The notes under the pieces were generated by a model. It had not been told where the DNA came from and made no database searches. It saw only the letters and a program-made list of their open reading frames with translations. The position numbers were made by a program, and so were the translations under genes. From assembly GCA_026770705.1 (NCBI GenBank), contig JANJGN010000242.1:248001-312000 (forward strand): a DNA stretch of 64,000 nt, given 5' to 3'. Below are positions 50,080-63,350 of the stretch, piece after piece. Origin of the DNA: Isurus oxyrinchus. Lineage: Eukaryota. The first letter of the stretch is position 1; every line of letters begins with the position of its first letter.

Positions 50080-51072
50080 ATGGCTCTTTTTGAGATCTGG
50101 AATGTAACTGTCATCGGAAATTTGTTGGAGATCAACTCAACCATTCAGAATGGAAATACTAGCCTTGGAGCCTCGATGAGCAACGTCGAGGATTTCACTT
50201 TCATGATCCATGTTCTTGTCATTACCATTTTTCTCGGCCTATGCCTCCTATTGGGTATCACTGCGAACTCTGTTGCACTGTGGCATATCAAAGGAAAGAA
50301 AATCTCATCGCCCACTGATATCCTACTTCTGGACTTAATCATCATGAACATTTTTATAATTCTGGCATCTGCGATTGCCATTCTGAAAATTATGCAATCA
50401 TTTATTTCAGTACAACTAGTTGATTATTTCGTCATTAGCACGAACATATTCAGCCTTTATGGCAGCCCGGTCTTCATGACCTGCATTGCTGTTGACCAGT
50501 ACATCGCTGTTATTCACCCCATCAAGTTTCATGCCTGGAGAAAGCCGAAATATTACGTTTTCCTGTCAGTAGCAGCTTGGCTGACTATGTTACTCCTGAG
50601 CTTGGTGGTCTTTTTCCTTGCAAGAGGCCAGTTGGACAGCTCAATTACATGCAGTGCTCAGGTTTCAGCCTGGGAGCAGAACCTGGTCCTTAAACTGTGC
50701 CCAGAAATGGTGGTGTTTTTCATCCCAATCCTAATCCTTTTGACCTGCTATGCCCTGAGTGCAAATAAACTGAGTGAAGTGGGAACTGGGAAGGAATCTA
50801 TGGAAATGATGATGAAGAAAGTGAGGAGAACCATTTGGGCGATTTTGGCTCTTCTGCTTATCTGTGTTGCCCCATATCACGTCACTGAAATGTCTTTTAT
50901 TCTGAAGAGCCTGCTGGATCCCACAAAGGAAACCGTGAGGTGGTACATTTGCAATGTTCGTCCGTATACCTGGGCCATCAGTTTTCTGAATACCGTCCTC
51001 AATCCCCTGCTCTACATTTTCAGGTCCAAAAATTTTCAATGGAAGGCAGGTTGCTGTAGAGCACGCCAGTAA
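50080..51072 (+). CDS. Single-coding-exon class A (rhodopsin) GPCR, delta-group FFAR/P2Y-like orphan, 330 aa (ORF extends upstream to 49945)
   Basis: Seven hydrophobic segments, N-terminal NVT/NST/NTS sequons, TM1 Asn, CIAVDQYIAV, TM4 Trp, FFIP, CVAPYHV, LNPLLY, C-terminal CC. Confidence 0.92.
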   Translation: MALFEIWNVTVIGNLLEINSTIQNGNTSLGASMSNVEDFTFMIHVLVITIFLGLCLLLGITANSVALWHIKGKKISSPTDILLLDLIIMNIFIILASAIAILKIMQSFISVQLVDYFVISTNIFSLYGSPVFMTCIAVDQYIAVIHPIKFHAWRKPKYYVFLSVAAWLTMLLLSLVVFFLARGQLDSSITCSAQVSAWEQNLVLKLCPEMVVFFIPILILLTCYALSANKLSEVGTGKESMEMMMKKVRRTIWAILALLLICVAPYHVTEMSFILKSLLDPTKETVRWYICNVRPYTWAISFLNTVLNPLLYIFRSKNFQWKAGCCRARQ

Positions 51073-53199
51073 CACATGGTGCAGGGACTGCAGAGCCCAT
51101 ATTGAAATGAGCCAATATTATTGGACTACTAATCCACTCGCCCTGATTAATACTCCTGGGACTTGAGTTCAAATCCGTCCACAGCGACTGGAAGAATTTA
51201 ATTTCAAATAATTCTTAAAGCTGGGCTCAAAAGCAAATCTCATTAATGATGACCATGAAACCGATCGGATTGTGGTTCAAAAAAATCATCTAGTTCACTG
51301 ATATTGCTTAAGGAAGGCAATTTGCCGCCCTTACCTTGTCTGAGCTACATGTGATTCCAACCCAAGAACAATGTGGGTGACTTTCAGTTGCCCATGGAAA
51401 TTCGTCAACAAACCACTCAGTTGTACCAAACCGCTGCAGAAAGTTCAAAAGGAATAAAGCATGATATCGACATAGGCACCAGAAACGACAAAAGCAAACC
51501 CTGCCCATTTGACAGTGCAATGGCCTCCTCTATTCCGTCTGGGGGCTCGTGACAAAATTGGGACAGCTGCCCCACCGAAACGTCAAGCAACAGACTAACA
51601 TAGTCATAGTCATGAACCATGCTTACAGACTCCTCCATCATCATTCCTGGGCATGTTTTATCCCGCTGACAAGCTAAACTGCACAGAGATTGCGACACAC
51701 TGATATATTGATATATAGCACTGATATATCACTGATATATAGCAGCAGCGCTACTGACTGAGCTTACAGAGTTCTGAATGACATATCTGCCAGACTGGCC
51801 CTGCGGCAGCTGGGGAGAATCAAAAAGAGGGAAACAAATTATGAGGCTCATTTTCATTTCGGGATTGACCATTGCTGATAGGGCAGGGAGGGAGCCCTCA
51901 GAGTAGTTTTGTGTTAACATCGGGCTACGGGATTTGATATCGACTGAGTTTATTTTAAAATTGATGCTGGACTATGTCGAGAGAGTGGAACAAAATGTTA
52001 ATTTTCAAAATCCAAATTTGTTTTCGGAAAGCTCCCCAAAGCCTGTCCACCAACTACAAGGCACAACTCAGGAGTGTGACGGAATATTCCCCACTTGCCT
52101 GAATAGGTGCAGCTTCCAAAACACTTAAGGAGCTTGACACCGTCCAGGACAAAGCGGCCCCGCTTGATTGGCACCACGTCCACAAATATTGACTCACTCC
52201 ACCACCACAGGAGCTGCAGTGTGCACCATCTCAAGATGAACTGTAGGGATTCACTTAGGCTCCTTAGGCAGCACCTCCCAAACCCACAACGACTGCCATC
52301 TAGAAAGACAAGGGCAGCTGATAGATGGAAACACCACCACCTAGAAATTCTCCTCCAAGATACTCACCTCCCTGACTTGGAAACGTATCGCCTCTCCTTT
52401 ACTGTTGCTGCAGCGGTTCAAGAAGGCAGCTCACCACCAGCTTCTCAAGGGCAACTAGAGATGGGAAATAAATGCTGGGTTTTGGTCCATCGACAGTGAA
52501 GGAACGGCCATATATTTCCAAATCAGGATGGTGAGTGGCTTAGAGGGGAACTTCCAGTTGGTGGTGATCCCACCTGCGACTTATTGTGAGACAACTATAG
52601 GGCCATGGTATAGAGTGACCTGTGAGGTTGCTTTCTTATTAATACATGGCGATGAGGATAGAATATGCGATATGTTTAGTTCCAATTAATGCAGTGCTGG
52701 AGGGGGAGAATGTGTAGTAGAATAAGATTAGAATTAATAATCGCCCAAGGGAATAGAGTGGCCACTGAGATTTGTTTGCAAATAAGGCAGGCATAATGGA
52801 AATAAGTATAGGGCATAAGGATTAGATTGGAATTTCTGCCGCTTATTATCTACTGCTGTTGGTTTATGTCCCAGTTTCTCCATATAGACACTTGCATTTG
52901 TCCAAATATAATGATCCATTAATTAGTTGCTTCTTCAGGGGGAAACACGACTGGTTTGTCAACATAGATGCTAATTTTTATTGTCTGTTTGTTTCATGGG
53001 CTGTTCGAGTTTACTGTGAAATGCTATTCGAGTCTGTGAATGTTGTTGTTGTAATTATAAGATCCATAGCCAATAAATCCTATATCTCATTGTGAAACCG
53101 ATTATCCCTGTCTTTTCTTTTGCCAAAGAGAAGTTAAAATGTATGAACCCAGACCAACAGGAACTAATGTATTGTCTCTCAAAAACGAACATTTATACA

Positions 53200-53900
53200 G
53201 CGTCTTCAGAGTCGCAATATATCCAACATTTTTCACGTGAGTGTTATCACACCAAACTTAATAGCGAGTTAAATAAGAAAATATCCTTGCAGAAAGTAAA
53301 ACGTTTAATTAAAGGGTTAGGCTTCAAGAAGCCTCTGAAGGAGGGGAAAGAGAGGTAGAGGGGAAGGGAATTTTATAGTTCATTGTCTTGGCAGCTGAAG
53401 TCGCAGTCGCTGATGGTGGAGTGATTAAAATGTGGAACGTGCAAATTGTCAGGCTGGCAAGAGTGCAGATATTTGCAAGTGCATGAGGAATGGAGGGAGT
53501 TACAGACGTAGAGAGAGACGAATTCATATAGAAATTTAAAAATAAAGATGTGAATTCTCATATTGAGGTGCTGCTCAACCAAGAGTCAAAGTAGGTTTGC
53601 AAGCACAAGGGACATTGGATGATTGAGACTTGGTGGGAGTAGGGGCTTGGGCAGCAGGCAGAGTGTTGGATGAGACCAAGTGTATGGAGGGCAGAACGTG
53701 GGAAACCGGCCAGGGACACGTTGCCGTAGTCAAAGCTTCAATTAGCAAAAGCATGGATGGCGTTCCATCAGCAGATGAGCTGAGACTGTGGACGAGACGG
53801 ATATTGCTATGGTTCTGAAAGGAGGCAGCCTTATTGATGGCGGGAGCATTTTGTTGGAAACACCCCTCCTGGTAATAAATACTGTTGGTGAAGTAGAGGC
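53200..53900 (-). mobile_element. L2 LINE fragment
   Basis: Decayed C-terminus VEQHLNMRIHIFIFKFL plus L2-type tail. Confidence 0.6.
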
Positions 53901-54049
53901 ACAAACAGGCTATATTCAGCAATTGTAAACTACTCTATTATCCTTCCCGTTCTCTGTAATTGACTTGTAAACCTTTTTCTTTTTAACTTTCCAAATACTG
54001 GGCAGCCTATCGCATACAGCAAGCGATGTAATGGTAAATTTATCGTTTG

Positions 54050-54280
54050 TAAGCTTTAGCCAAATAAATTCTGTCCTTGACCCTGCTGGGGCATCAACTC
54101 TCCCAGCCTTTCAATGCAGCTTCTCTGAGAGTCCAGCAGTACCCTAGTGCTGCACTGGGGTTCCATACTAATCTTACTGCTGCACTGGGATCGCATGCTC
54201 AAATTTCTGGCATGGGGCATAAATAATCCACCCTCTGTCGTCAGAGGCCCGGGACTTACCACTGAGTCAAGCCTGCCACA
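54050..54280 (-). mobile_element. Deu-domain SINE fragment
   Basis: CAGTACCCTAGTGCTGCACTGG..ACCACTGAGTCA, similar to 7440-7690. Confidence 0.45.
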
Positions 54281-55829
54281 TTGATAGCCTTTAAAATTGC
54301 ACAGGGGATTGATAGAGCAATTATCAACATCTTAGTTTTAACGGTGGTGGATGCTCAACACCCAAAGGACAGTGAATATGAAAGTGAGCAAAAAAACAAA
54401 ACTATTCAACTAAGAGGCAGCTCTGAGGCATCGACTTGTACAATGCACTATCTGGGACAGTTGGAAGCAGACTGAAGAGTAACTTTTAAAACTGAACTTA
54501 TTCCTTGCAAATAGCACATTTACTGGACTACAGAGAAAGAGAGAGATCGGGACTAATTCACTCTATGGTAGACCAAATGTCACAACACAATGAGATGCCC
54601 CATTGGCAAAGATCCCTCCTGCGCTAATACAAATGCAGGACCCCAGTTCCACCCAGCAGTTGACCAGGCGTCAGTACAATCTGAGATTCAATCCTCGAGC
54701 CCTCTGCCCCCGTGTCACTCATAACATTATTAGAGACTCTTGGCCTGGGCCTGCAGTAAATAAGGCGTCAGAACAACATGAGATTCAATCCTCCTGCCCT
54801 CTTCCACTCACCCCTGTCCCACTCATTACATTATTACATTATTTTGCCCTGATCCTGCAGTAGATCAGATATCAATACAACCTGAGTTTCAAACCTCTAT
54901 CGTTACCTCCTCCCTGACGCTAGTCATATTACTAAAGACTCTGGACGCCTGACAGACACTTCATTAAAATTTACACTTCTTGTCCTCCTATTCTCTCTCG
55001 CTCTCTCACTCCACCTTTCTGTCTCTGTCTCTCTTTTTCTCTCTCTCACTCACTCAATCTCTCCACCATCTAACCACCTCTCCCTCTCTCTCCCTTTTTC
55101 TCCCTCTCCTTCTCTCTGTGTAACTATGTATCTCTCTCCATCACCGCGTCCGCCACAGCTTGTACACAGATAGGCAGCGTGAAGCGTGATGCATAGGTAA
55201 ATATTCATAGATAGATAATTTGATTGATATGAAATGGATAGCGTGAAAACATTTAATTAAATAGTGAGATATGTGTGAACATATATAAGCGACGGTGAAT
55301 TATTTAGCTTTGAGATGGACAGCTGACACTTAAATAAACAGAAACAAAATATGCAGAAAAACGTTGATGCAAAGACAGGTAGTGAGAATAGATTGATAGA
55401 TGCTTATGGATTACAGGAGAGATGGCCAGATCGAAAGATGTCCAGAAAGATGCAGAGAGTTCGATATTACTTTGGAGATCACGAACATCAAAGGTAAGAA
55501 AAAAATGCTTAGGAGTGAATGATTGCTGATTGGTTGCCATGGACGATCAATGCTTGTTTGCAGTTCGTGTTTGCACGATGGAAATGTATCAGAGCATGGA
55601 AATTTAAACGTGCGCTGACAACCAATACAACGCAGGACGGGGTTGCTGCACCAGAAGAGGCTGGAAACATTAATCACATATGTTTGTGATGCATTTGTCC
55701 CCTGGCCCTCGACGGTCAAATGTCAGTATCTGACCTATGGCTCAAACCAATGCCTATCAGTGAAACTTGAACGCACCTCTGCCTGGGCTGGATTATACAG
55801 AAGTCAATATTGAAATTTTATTTGGATGC

Positions 55830-56744
55830 TGTTATGGCACTGCCGATGGTAAATGATGAATTATTCAAATCGCAAAGGGAAACTTGAAACAATTGCTGCA
55901 ACTTGTTTTGCAGTTTGTATAAATTTCAAGATGCATCCCTTGAATTCAGTACTAATAAGGCCATCAAGTCCAATAGCTACTTTTTTTTACAAAACTAGAA
56001 TAAATATGTATTAAAAGAAGAAATGATCTTAGATGCATACATAGATCTACACATTACTGCTATGATAACTCTTAACTTCCCTAATCGTTCTAACTCCAAG
56101 CGGCACTATCGTTAAGGAAACAATAAGGCACAAAGATTTTAAAAGAACCAGGCAAAGAAACATGACACACTGAAAAAGTTGAATTCAAAGTGAGTTCTTT
56201 TAGCTTCAGTCCACTGGAGAGAGCAGTTCGAGGCATAGATGCTGAAGGCCTTTCACCCTTGTTAAATCTCAAAATGCCTAACCTTACACACAACCTTTGC
56301 CCTTTAATGCATATTTGCCCCTTTGAATGAAAACTCCCATTGTTTCACTATGACGTTGGACATAATCTTTCTGAAAATAAAAACCTCTCATAGCACTAAG
56401 CTTTAACAGTAATCTTTGGGAATAAATAAATACACTCTTACTAAACTTCACCTGACTAGGTGATACACTTAACACCCTCTTTTGAAAACAATCTAGTCTG
56501 GTTTATTTTAAAAAGCAAATATCCCTTGACACTAATGGATCTAAACTTCCCCACGTTTACCTAATTAACATTTCAAACCTAACTTCTCTTCTTACAACAA
56601 AGCACCAAGACTCGTTGCCTCTGATTCAATTAAGTTTCTCTCTCTCAAACACAGACACATGCAGACACATAGACACATCCCACAATTAATTCATTTTACA
56701 ATAATTTCCAATAACATTATGAGAATTATTACAACTTCCTGACA
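55830..56744. mobile_element. Solo LTR (Gypsy/ERV type)
   Basis: TGTTATG...CCTGACA termini flanked by 4-bp direct repeat ATGC (55826-55829 and 56745-56748). Confidence 0.6.
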
Positions 56745-56959
56745 ATGCACATCAGGAATGCCATTCAATGAGAGAGTTGGCAGGAACAATGGGAGTCCAT
56801 GCCATACAGAGGACATGCACCAATCACATCCCGGGAACTACAAAAGGTCATGGACCCCAACAGTTGCTCCTTGAAAGCAGGCGGCTCCATGAAAATTGTT
56901 CCGTTCCTCTTATACTTGCAATCGAGCTGACCCTGCACAATAACGGCAAAAGCAATAAC

Positions 56960-57500
56960 CTGAACAACTTATGTTTATATAGCGCAATTAATGTTTTGAA
57001 AAGTTCCAAGGTGATTCGTTAGAACTAAATATCACATCAAGATGCGTTAAGGAATATAGGTTCAGATGACCAAAAGTTTGGTCAAAGTGGTCGGTTTTAA
57101 GGACGGCTTTAAAGGAGGAAATGTGGGTAGGGAGATGGAGGAGTGCAGGAACGATATTCAAGGGCATTGAGCCCAGGAACATAATGTCACAGTAACATAT
57201 GGCAGAGCAATTTATAATTGTGGATGCACAAAAGGCAGAATTAGTGGAGAGCTAATAACTCGAAGACTTGCGGGTTTGGAAGTGACTGCAGAGATGTAAA
57301 AGGACCAGGAGCTGGAGGGATTTGAAGATAATGCTGTGCATTTTAAAATCAAGACGTTGTTTGAACGTCAACCAATGTAGGTCAGGGAACACAGGAGTGA
57401 TAGAAGTACTGGATTTGCTGCGAGTTAACACAAGGGCTGCAGATGGAACAGCTTCATCTGTAAGTCCACGTCGGCATTCCGAGATGTCAGCATGGTCCAT
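56960..57500 (-). mobile_element. L2 LINE 3' fragment
   Basis: LTRSKSSTSITPVFPDLHWLTFKQRLDFK; FKAVLKT. Confidence 0.75.
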
Positions 57501-58064
57501 AGATAATAATAGAGTCACATCAAATTACAATGCAAATCTGCCGAATGGGGGTAGATGAAAAAAAGTTGGGAAATTGCACCTTTAGAAGGGACATGGTCAG
57601 GTTGAATGGGGGCAAACTTCACGATCAGTGAGAGAGAGTAGGGATGGGTAAGTAAAAAGCGAAGATGGATGGGTAGAGACAGGAAATGTTGAGCAGACAA
57701 TTGGAATTGGCGAGCAGTAACTGTGTAAGGGTTAGCAGAGTGCAGGAACGGGGGAATAAAAAATGGTGAAGGTGGGTAAAGTACAGGGATCAGGAGGAGA
57801 GAATAGGGGCGGTTGCATAGAGTACGAGCAGCAAAGCAATGAATGTGAATGGGAGTGGGGACCTAGTGTGGAAAACAGGAATGAGAACAGCAGAGAGTTA
57901 CAATAGGGAAGTATAAAGTTAAAAAAACAGGGAATGGTGTCTGGGGATGAATGAGGTTCCATTAATGTTTTGGTGTGCCCTATTCTGCCAAGCAATGCTA
58001 TGTCGAATTTTAACAGAACTTCACCATAAGAGATGTCACTCCTTGTTCATATATCTCACTGAGT

Positions 58065-58370
58065 GAGATAGGCAGACAGACACCAGCCAGTCTACGGATA
58101 ACACCCCCAAGAGAGGGGGCTGAGAGACAGCAGTTCATGTACAGATATCTCCCTAAGAGAGTAAATGCTGTGAGACAGTGGTCAGTGTACAGATATCTCC
58201 CTGAGAGAGAGGGGACTGAGAGACACCAGTGATTGTACAGATATCACCCTGGGAAACTGGAACTGAGAGACACCAGTCAGCGTACAGATGTTTCCCTGAG
58301 TGAGCGGGACTGAGAGACACCAGTCTGTGTACAGTATGTCCCGAGGGAATGGGAAGTGAGAGACACCCCT
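58065..58370. repeat. About 42-bp minisatellite
   Basis: Repeating GAGAGACACCAGTCAGTGTACAGATATCTCCCTGAG..GGGACT. Confidence 0.85.
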
Positions 58371-59344
58371 GTTTAGGAAAGGACTTAGAACAAACCAATT
58401 AGACAGATACAGAGACAGATACTCGCTAAGAAGTAGGCTAACATAATTTTCAGTACTTCTAAAAAACACTTTGATCATATCTGTCTTTTTGCGGGATTCT
58501 GTTTCTTCGCTAATTTCTGCAATTTTCTTTGCTGGCACCACGGGAATCTATTGGGTATCTGGAGTTTGAGAACCGCGCTTCACCAAACTTGACCGAGTGA
58601 AATGGGATCAGCGTGTTAGAGAACTGAATCTTACATTGAGTCTGAACTTACACTGGATAATGTATTTTCATATTTTTACCACACCAGTCAGCAGTTGTGA
58701 CATCCTGACTAAATTTAATTTGGACCAGAATTTTCAACTGAGGCGAAGCTGTAGAAATTAAATCATCTTCATCTTGTGCTCTGTGCAATCATTAACAAGT
58801 ATTTTCTGTTACTCGTGCTTTTACATGTATCTTTCATTCCTAAATATTCATTTTACTCTCATCATTTTAGTTATCGAGCTGTTCGTATATTGTTCTCTCT
58901 GTCCCCCTGTACAGCCAATAGTGTTTTTGTTAACTTTTTAATGTAACTCCACCTTTGCTACCTTTCATTCTATGTGTTTAGTTGATGCATCGATTTTTCT
59001 CGTTACCTACTAACATTTATATCATCCACTGAATATCTCCGTCTAGCTAGCTAACTAACTGCACCCACAGATAGCACAGAGCAAAATAGTTACCCAGCAT
59101 TTGATGTTCCAGGCTCGATATTGGGCGAATAATAAATGGGGAATTTCTGTGACGTCACCTTGCCTTCTTGCGGTAAAAGCAGCAGAGGAGAAACTGGCAA
59201 AAATAAAATCTAAGACTTTAAGGAACTTGAAAATACTATAAGCCCATCAGCTTCAGAGGAACGTTCCAGCGTTGTAAATGTTGTTCAGTATAAAATGCGT
59301 CATATGGATCAATTATTGATTTGACATGACAAATGCAATATTAA

Positions 59345-62300
59345 TAAGACCATAAGGCGTGGGGGCAGAAAAAGGCCATTCGGCCCATCGAGTCTGTTCC
59401 GCCATTCAATGATATCGTGGATGATCTGATAATCCTCAAATCCACTTTCCTGCCGTTTCCCCATAACTCTTGATTCGCTTACTGATTAAAAATCTATCCA
59501 TCTCAGCCTTGAATATAATTAACGGCCCAGCCTCCTCAGCGTTCTGCGGTTAGGAATTCCATAGATTCACTACCCTCTGAGAGAAGAAATTCTTCGTCAT
59601 CTCTGTTTTAAGTAGGCATCTCTGGCCATAGACTCACCACCAAAGGGAAAAAAAAAACCTCTCGGCATCTTCCCTGTCAAGACCTCCGAGAATGTTACAT
59701 GTTTCAAGAAGGTCGCCTCTCATTCTTCTAAGCTCCAATGAGTACAGGACCAAACGACTTAACATTTTCTCAGAAGAAAATACCTCCATCCCCGGAATCA
59801 ACCCAGTGAACCTTCTCTGGACTGCATCCAATGCCGATATATCTTTCCTTAGATAAAGAGGCCAAAATTGTTCACAGTATCCTAGGAGTCGTCTAACTAA
59901 TGTCTTGTATAGTTTTAGCAAGACTTCCCTATTTTTATCTTCCATTCATTTTGAAATAATGGCCAACATTCCATTTGCATTCCCTGCTGAACTTGCACAC
60001 TAGGTTTTTGGGATTCCTGCACAAGGATACCCAAACGCCTCAGTACTGCAGCTTCCTTCAGTCTTTCTCCATTTAAATAACATTCAGCTCATTTATTCTT
60101 CCTGCCAAAGTGCATAGCCTCACATTTTGCAACATTATATTCCATCTGCCAGGTTTTTGACCAATCACTTAATCTGTGTGTATCCCTGTGTAGACTATTT
60201 GTGACATCCTTAACTCTTGCTTCCCACCTGTTTTTGTGTCATCTGCAAACTTGGTGATAGTATATCCATTTCCCTCATCCAAGTCATGAATACATATTGT
60301 AAATAACTGTGGCCCTAGCACTGACTCCTTTTGCATTCCACTTGTTACATGTTGCCATCTTGAAAATGCCTCCTGTATCACAACTCTCTGTATTCTATTA
60401 GTTAGCAAGCCCTCTGTCCATGCTGATATACTGCCTCGAACACCTGGGCTCTTATCTTATTAAGTAGCCTTATGTGTGATATCGAACGCCTTTTGGAAAC
60501 GCAAATGTATTACATCTAAAGGTTTCTCTTTATCTACCTTTATTGTTACCAACTCAAAGAATTCTAATAAATTCGTGAGGCATGATTTCCCCTTCATGAA
60601 GCCATTGCTGACTCTGCTTGATTAGATTATGCATTTCTAAATGCTCTGCTATTGCATCATTTATAATAGACACTAACATTTTCCCAGTGACAGATGTTAA
60701 ACTAACTGGCCAATGGTTACATGTTTTCGTCTCGCTCCTTTTTTGAATAAAAGTGTTACATGGGCAATTTTCCAATCCGCTGGGAATTTTCAGGAATCTA
60801 AATGCTCTTGGAAGATTAATACCAGTGCACTCACTATCTCTGCAGCTATTTCCTTTAACATCCTAGGATGCTACCCATCAGGCATAGGTGAATTATAGGC
60901 CTTTCACCCCATTAGTTTCCCTAGCACTTTTTAGCCAGTGATAGGTATTGTGTTTACTGCGTACTCCCTTATTGCCTATGTTTAATTCGTATTTTTGGTA
61001 TGCTATTAGTGTGTCCTAATGCAAAAAATTTATTCAACTCCTCTGCCATTTCCTGGTTCCAATTATTATTTTCCCAGCCTCATTCGTTAAGGGGCTTATT
61101 TTGACTTTGGCCTTTTTATACACTTAAAGAAGTTCTTACTGTCCATTTGATATTACTTGCCAGTTTACCCTCAAAGTTTAATTTGTCCCTCTTTATTATT
61201 GTTTGGTCATCTTCTGTTGGATTTTAAAAAGGTCCCAATCCTCCGGCTTACCGCTAATGTTTGCCTTATTGTATGATTTTCTTTCACTTTGGAACAATCC
61301 GTAACTTCCTTGGTTTACCATGATTTGTTTATTCCCTTCCTAGAATCCTTCTCCCACATTGGGATAGAATTTTATTGTGAGTCATGCACTATATCCTTAA
61401 TGTCTGCTGTTGTTCATCAACCGTCTTTTCTGCTAAACTCCTTCCCCGTCTACTCCAGCCAACTCTGCCCTCATTTCCTTGTAATTACCCTTATTTAAGA
61501 TTAGCACAGAAGTTCTGAACTAAGTTTCTCGCTCCCAAACTGAATGCTAAATTCCACCACGTTATGGTCACTGTTTTCTAGCGGATCTTTTACTCTGAGA
61601 TCATTTATTAAACCTGCCTCGTTACACATTAGCAGATCCAAAATATCCTGATCCTTGGTTTCACCCGCAACATATTGTTCTAGGAAACTGTCCCGAATAT
61701 ACTCTATGAACTCTTCCTCGTGGCGACCTTTGCTAATTTGATTTTCCCGATTTACAAGGAGATTTATGTCACTCATGATTAATATATTGCCTTTTTTTAC
61801 ATGCCCTCATTATTGCCTGATTTATTCTCTGTCCAATTGCATAGTTACTATTAGGCGGCCTATAGACTACTCCCACCAGTGTCTTCTTCCCCTTGTCATT
61901 TCTTACCCCAACCCATATGGATTCCATGTCTTCCAATCTAAGATAATTTTGAGCTGTCGTACTTATTCCATCTCGCACTAACAAAACTATACTCCAACCC
62001 AACCACCCCCAGCCCTTTCCTCCTGCCTGTTTATACGAAAAGTCACATTCCCCTGAATATTTAATTCCCAGCTTTGATCTCCTTTTAACAATGGCTCTGT
62101 AATGGCTATAAGATCAGAATATCTATTTGTGCCGTGAATTCATTTATTATGTTCCAAATAGTATGTGCGTTTAAGTAAGAGCCATTGATTGTGCCTTTTT
62201 ACCACTTTTTCCCCCTTTGATCCTACATGCTGCTTTTTTTCATATTTGTATACTCTGTCCCTTCCTTCCACACTCTGGGTATCATTACCTAAGTAGCTAC

Positions 62301-63350
62301 CCTGCAATACTGCCACATCCGTTTGCTTTGTAAACTTACTTATGTCCTCTCCAGAACCCTCCATCCAACCTCCCGCCCTTCTATTTAGATTAAAGCCCTC
62401 TATACAGCCCTAGGTATTCGATTCGTCAGGACATTAGACCCGGCATAGTTAAAGGGACGTCCATCGCACCGGAACAGCTGCCTTCTACCCCAATGCTGAT
62501 GCCAGTGCCCCATGAATGGGACCCTATGCCCCTCACACCAATCTCTGAGCTACGCATTTAAATCCTCGACTTTATTTACTCTATGCCAGTTTGCCTGTGG
62601 TTCATGTAGCAATCCCGAGATTATAACCTTGGAGGTTCTGCTTTTTAACTTAGCTGCTATCTGTTCAAATTCTTTCAGAAGAATCTCCTTTCCCGTCGTA
62701 TCCACGTCGTGGGAACCAATGTGGACAACGACAACTGGATCCCTCCCATCCCACTCCAAGTTCCTCTGCAGCCCTGAGGAGATCTCCTTCAGCCTGGCAC
62801 CTGGCAGGCAACACAGCCCTCGGGACTCACGTTCATGGCTGCAGGGATTTTTATCAATTCCCCTAAATGTACTGTCCACTATCACTGCTACGTTCCTATT
62901 TCCTCCCCGGAATTGAATGACTCCCTCTGCCATAGTGCCATGGTCAGCTTGTTCATCTTCCCTTCAGCCCCTGCTCTCGTCCACACAGCTTGCAAGAACC
63001 TCTTTACTGCCTGACAATTTCAAGAGCTGAGGTTGTTTCAATGCTACCCCCAGTGTTCCCATACGTGTCTCACCTGCGGTCACACCCTCCTCTTCCTGAT
63101 CACACACCAAATTCGAAATATGTTACCTGTGGAGTGTGACTGCCTCCTGGAGCAAAGTGTCCAATTAACTTTCCCTCTCCCTGATGTGGTGGTATGTCTG
63201 CAGCTCAGATTCTAGCTCCTTAAATCGGACCGGATGCTCAAGCTGCAAGCACTTGCCACATATGTTTCTGCTCCGGTTCACCTTGATGTCCAGAAACTCC
63301 CATATGCCGCAGGAGCAACACATTGCCAGACCTACCATCGCTATATCATT
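59345..63350 (-). mobile_element. Near-full-length decayed CR1 LINE with SGNH/esterase-like ORF1
   Basis: ORF1 IVDSTFRG..CCLPGA..VVHIGSHD; GVVYRPPNS; KFADDTK; LDAVQRRFT; CR1 tail. Confidence 0.93.
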
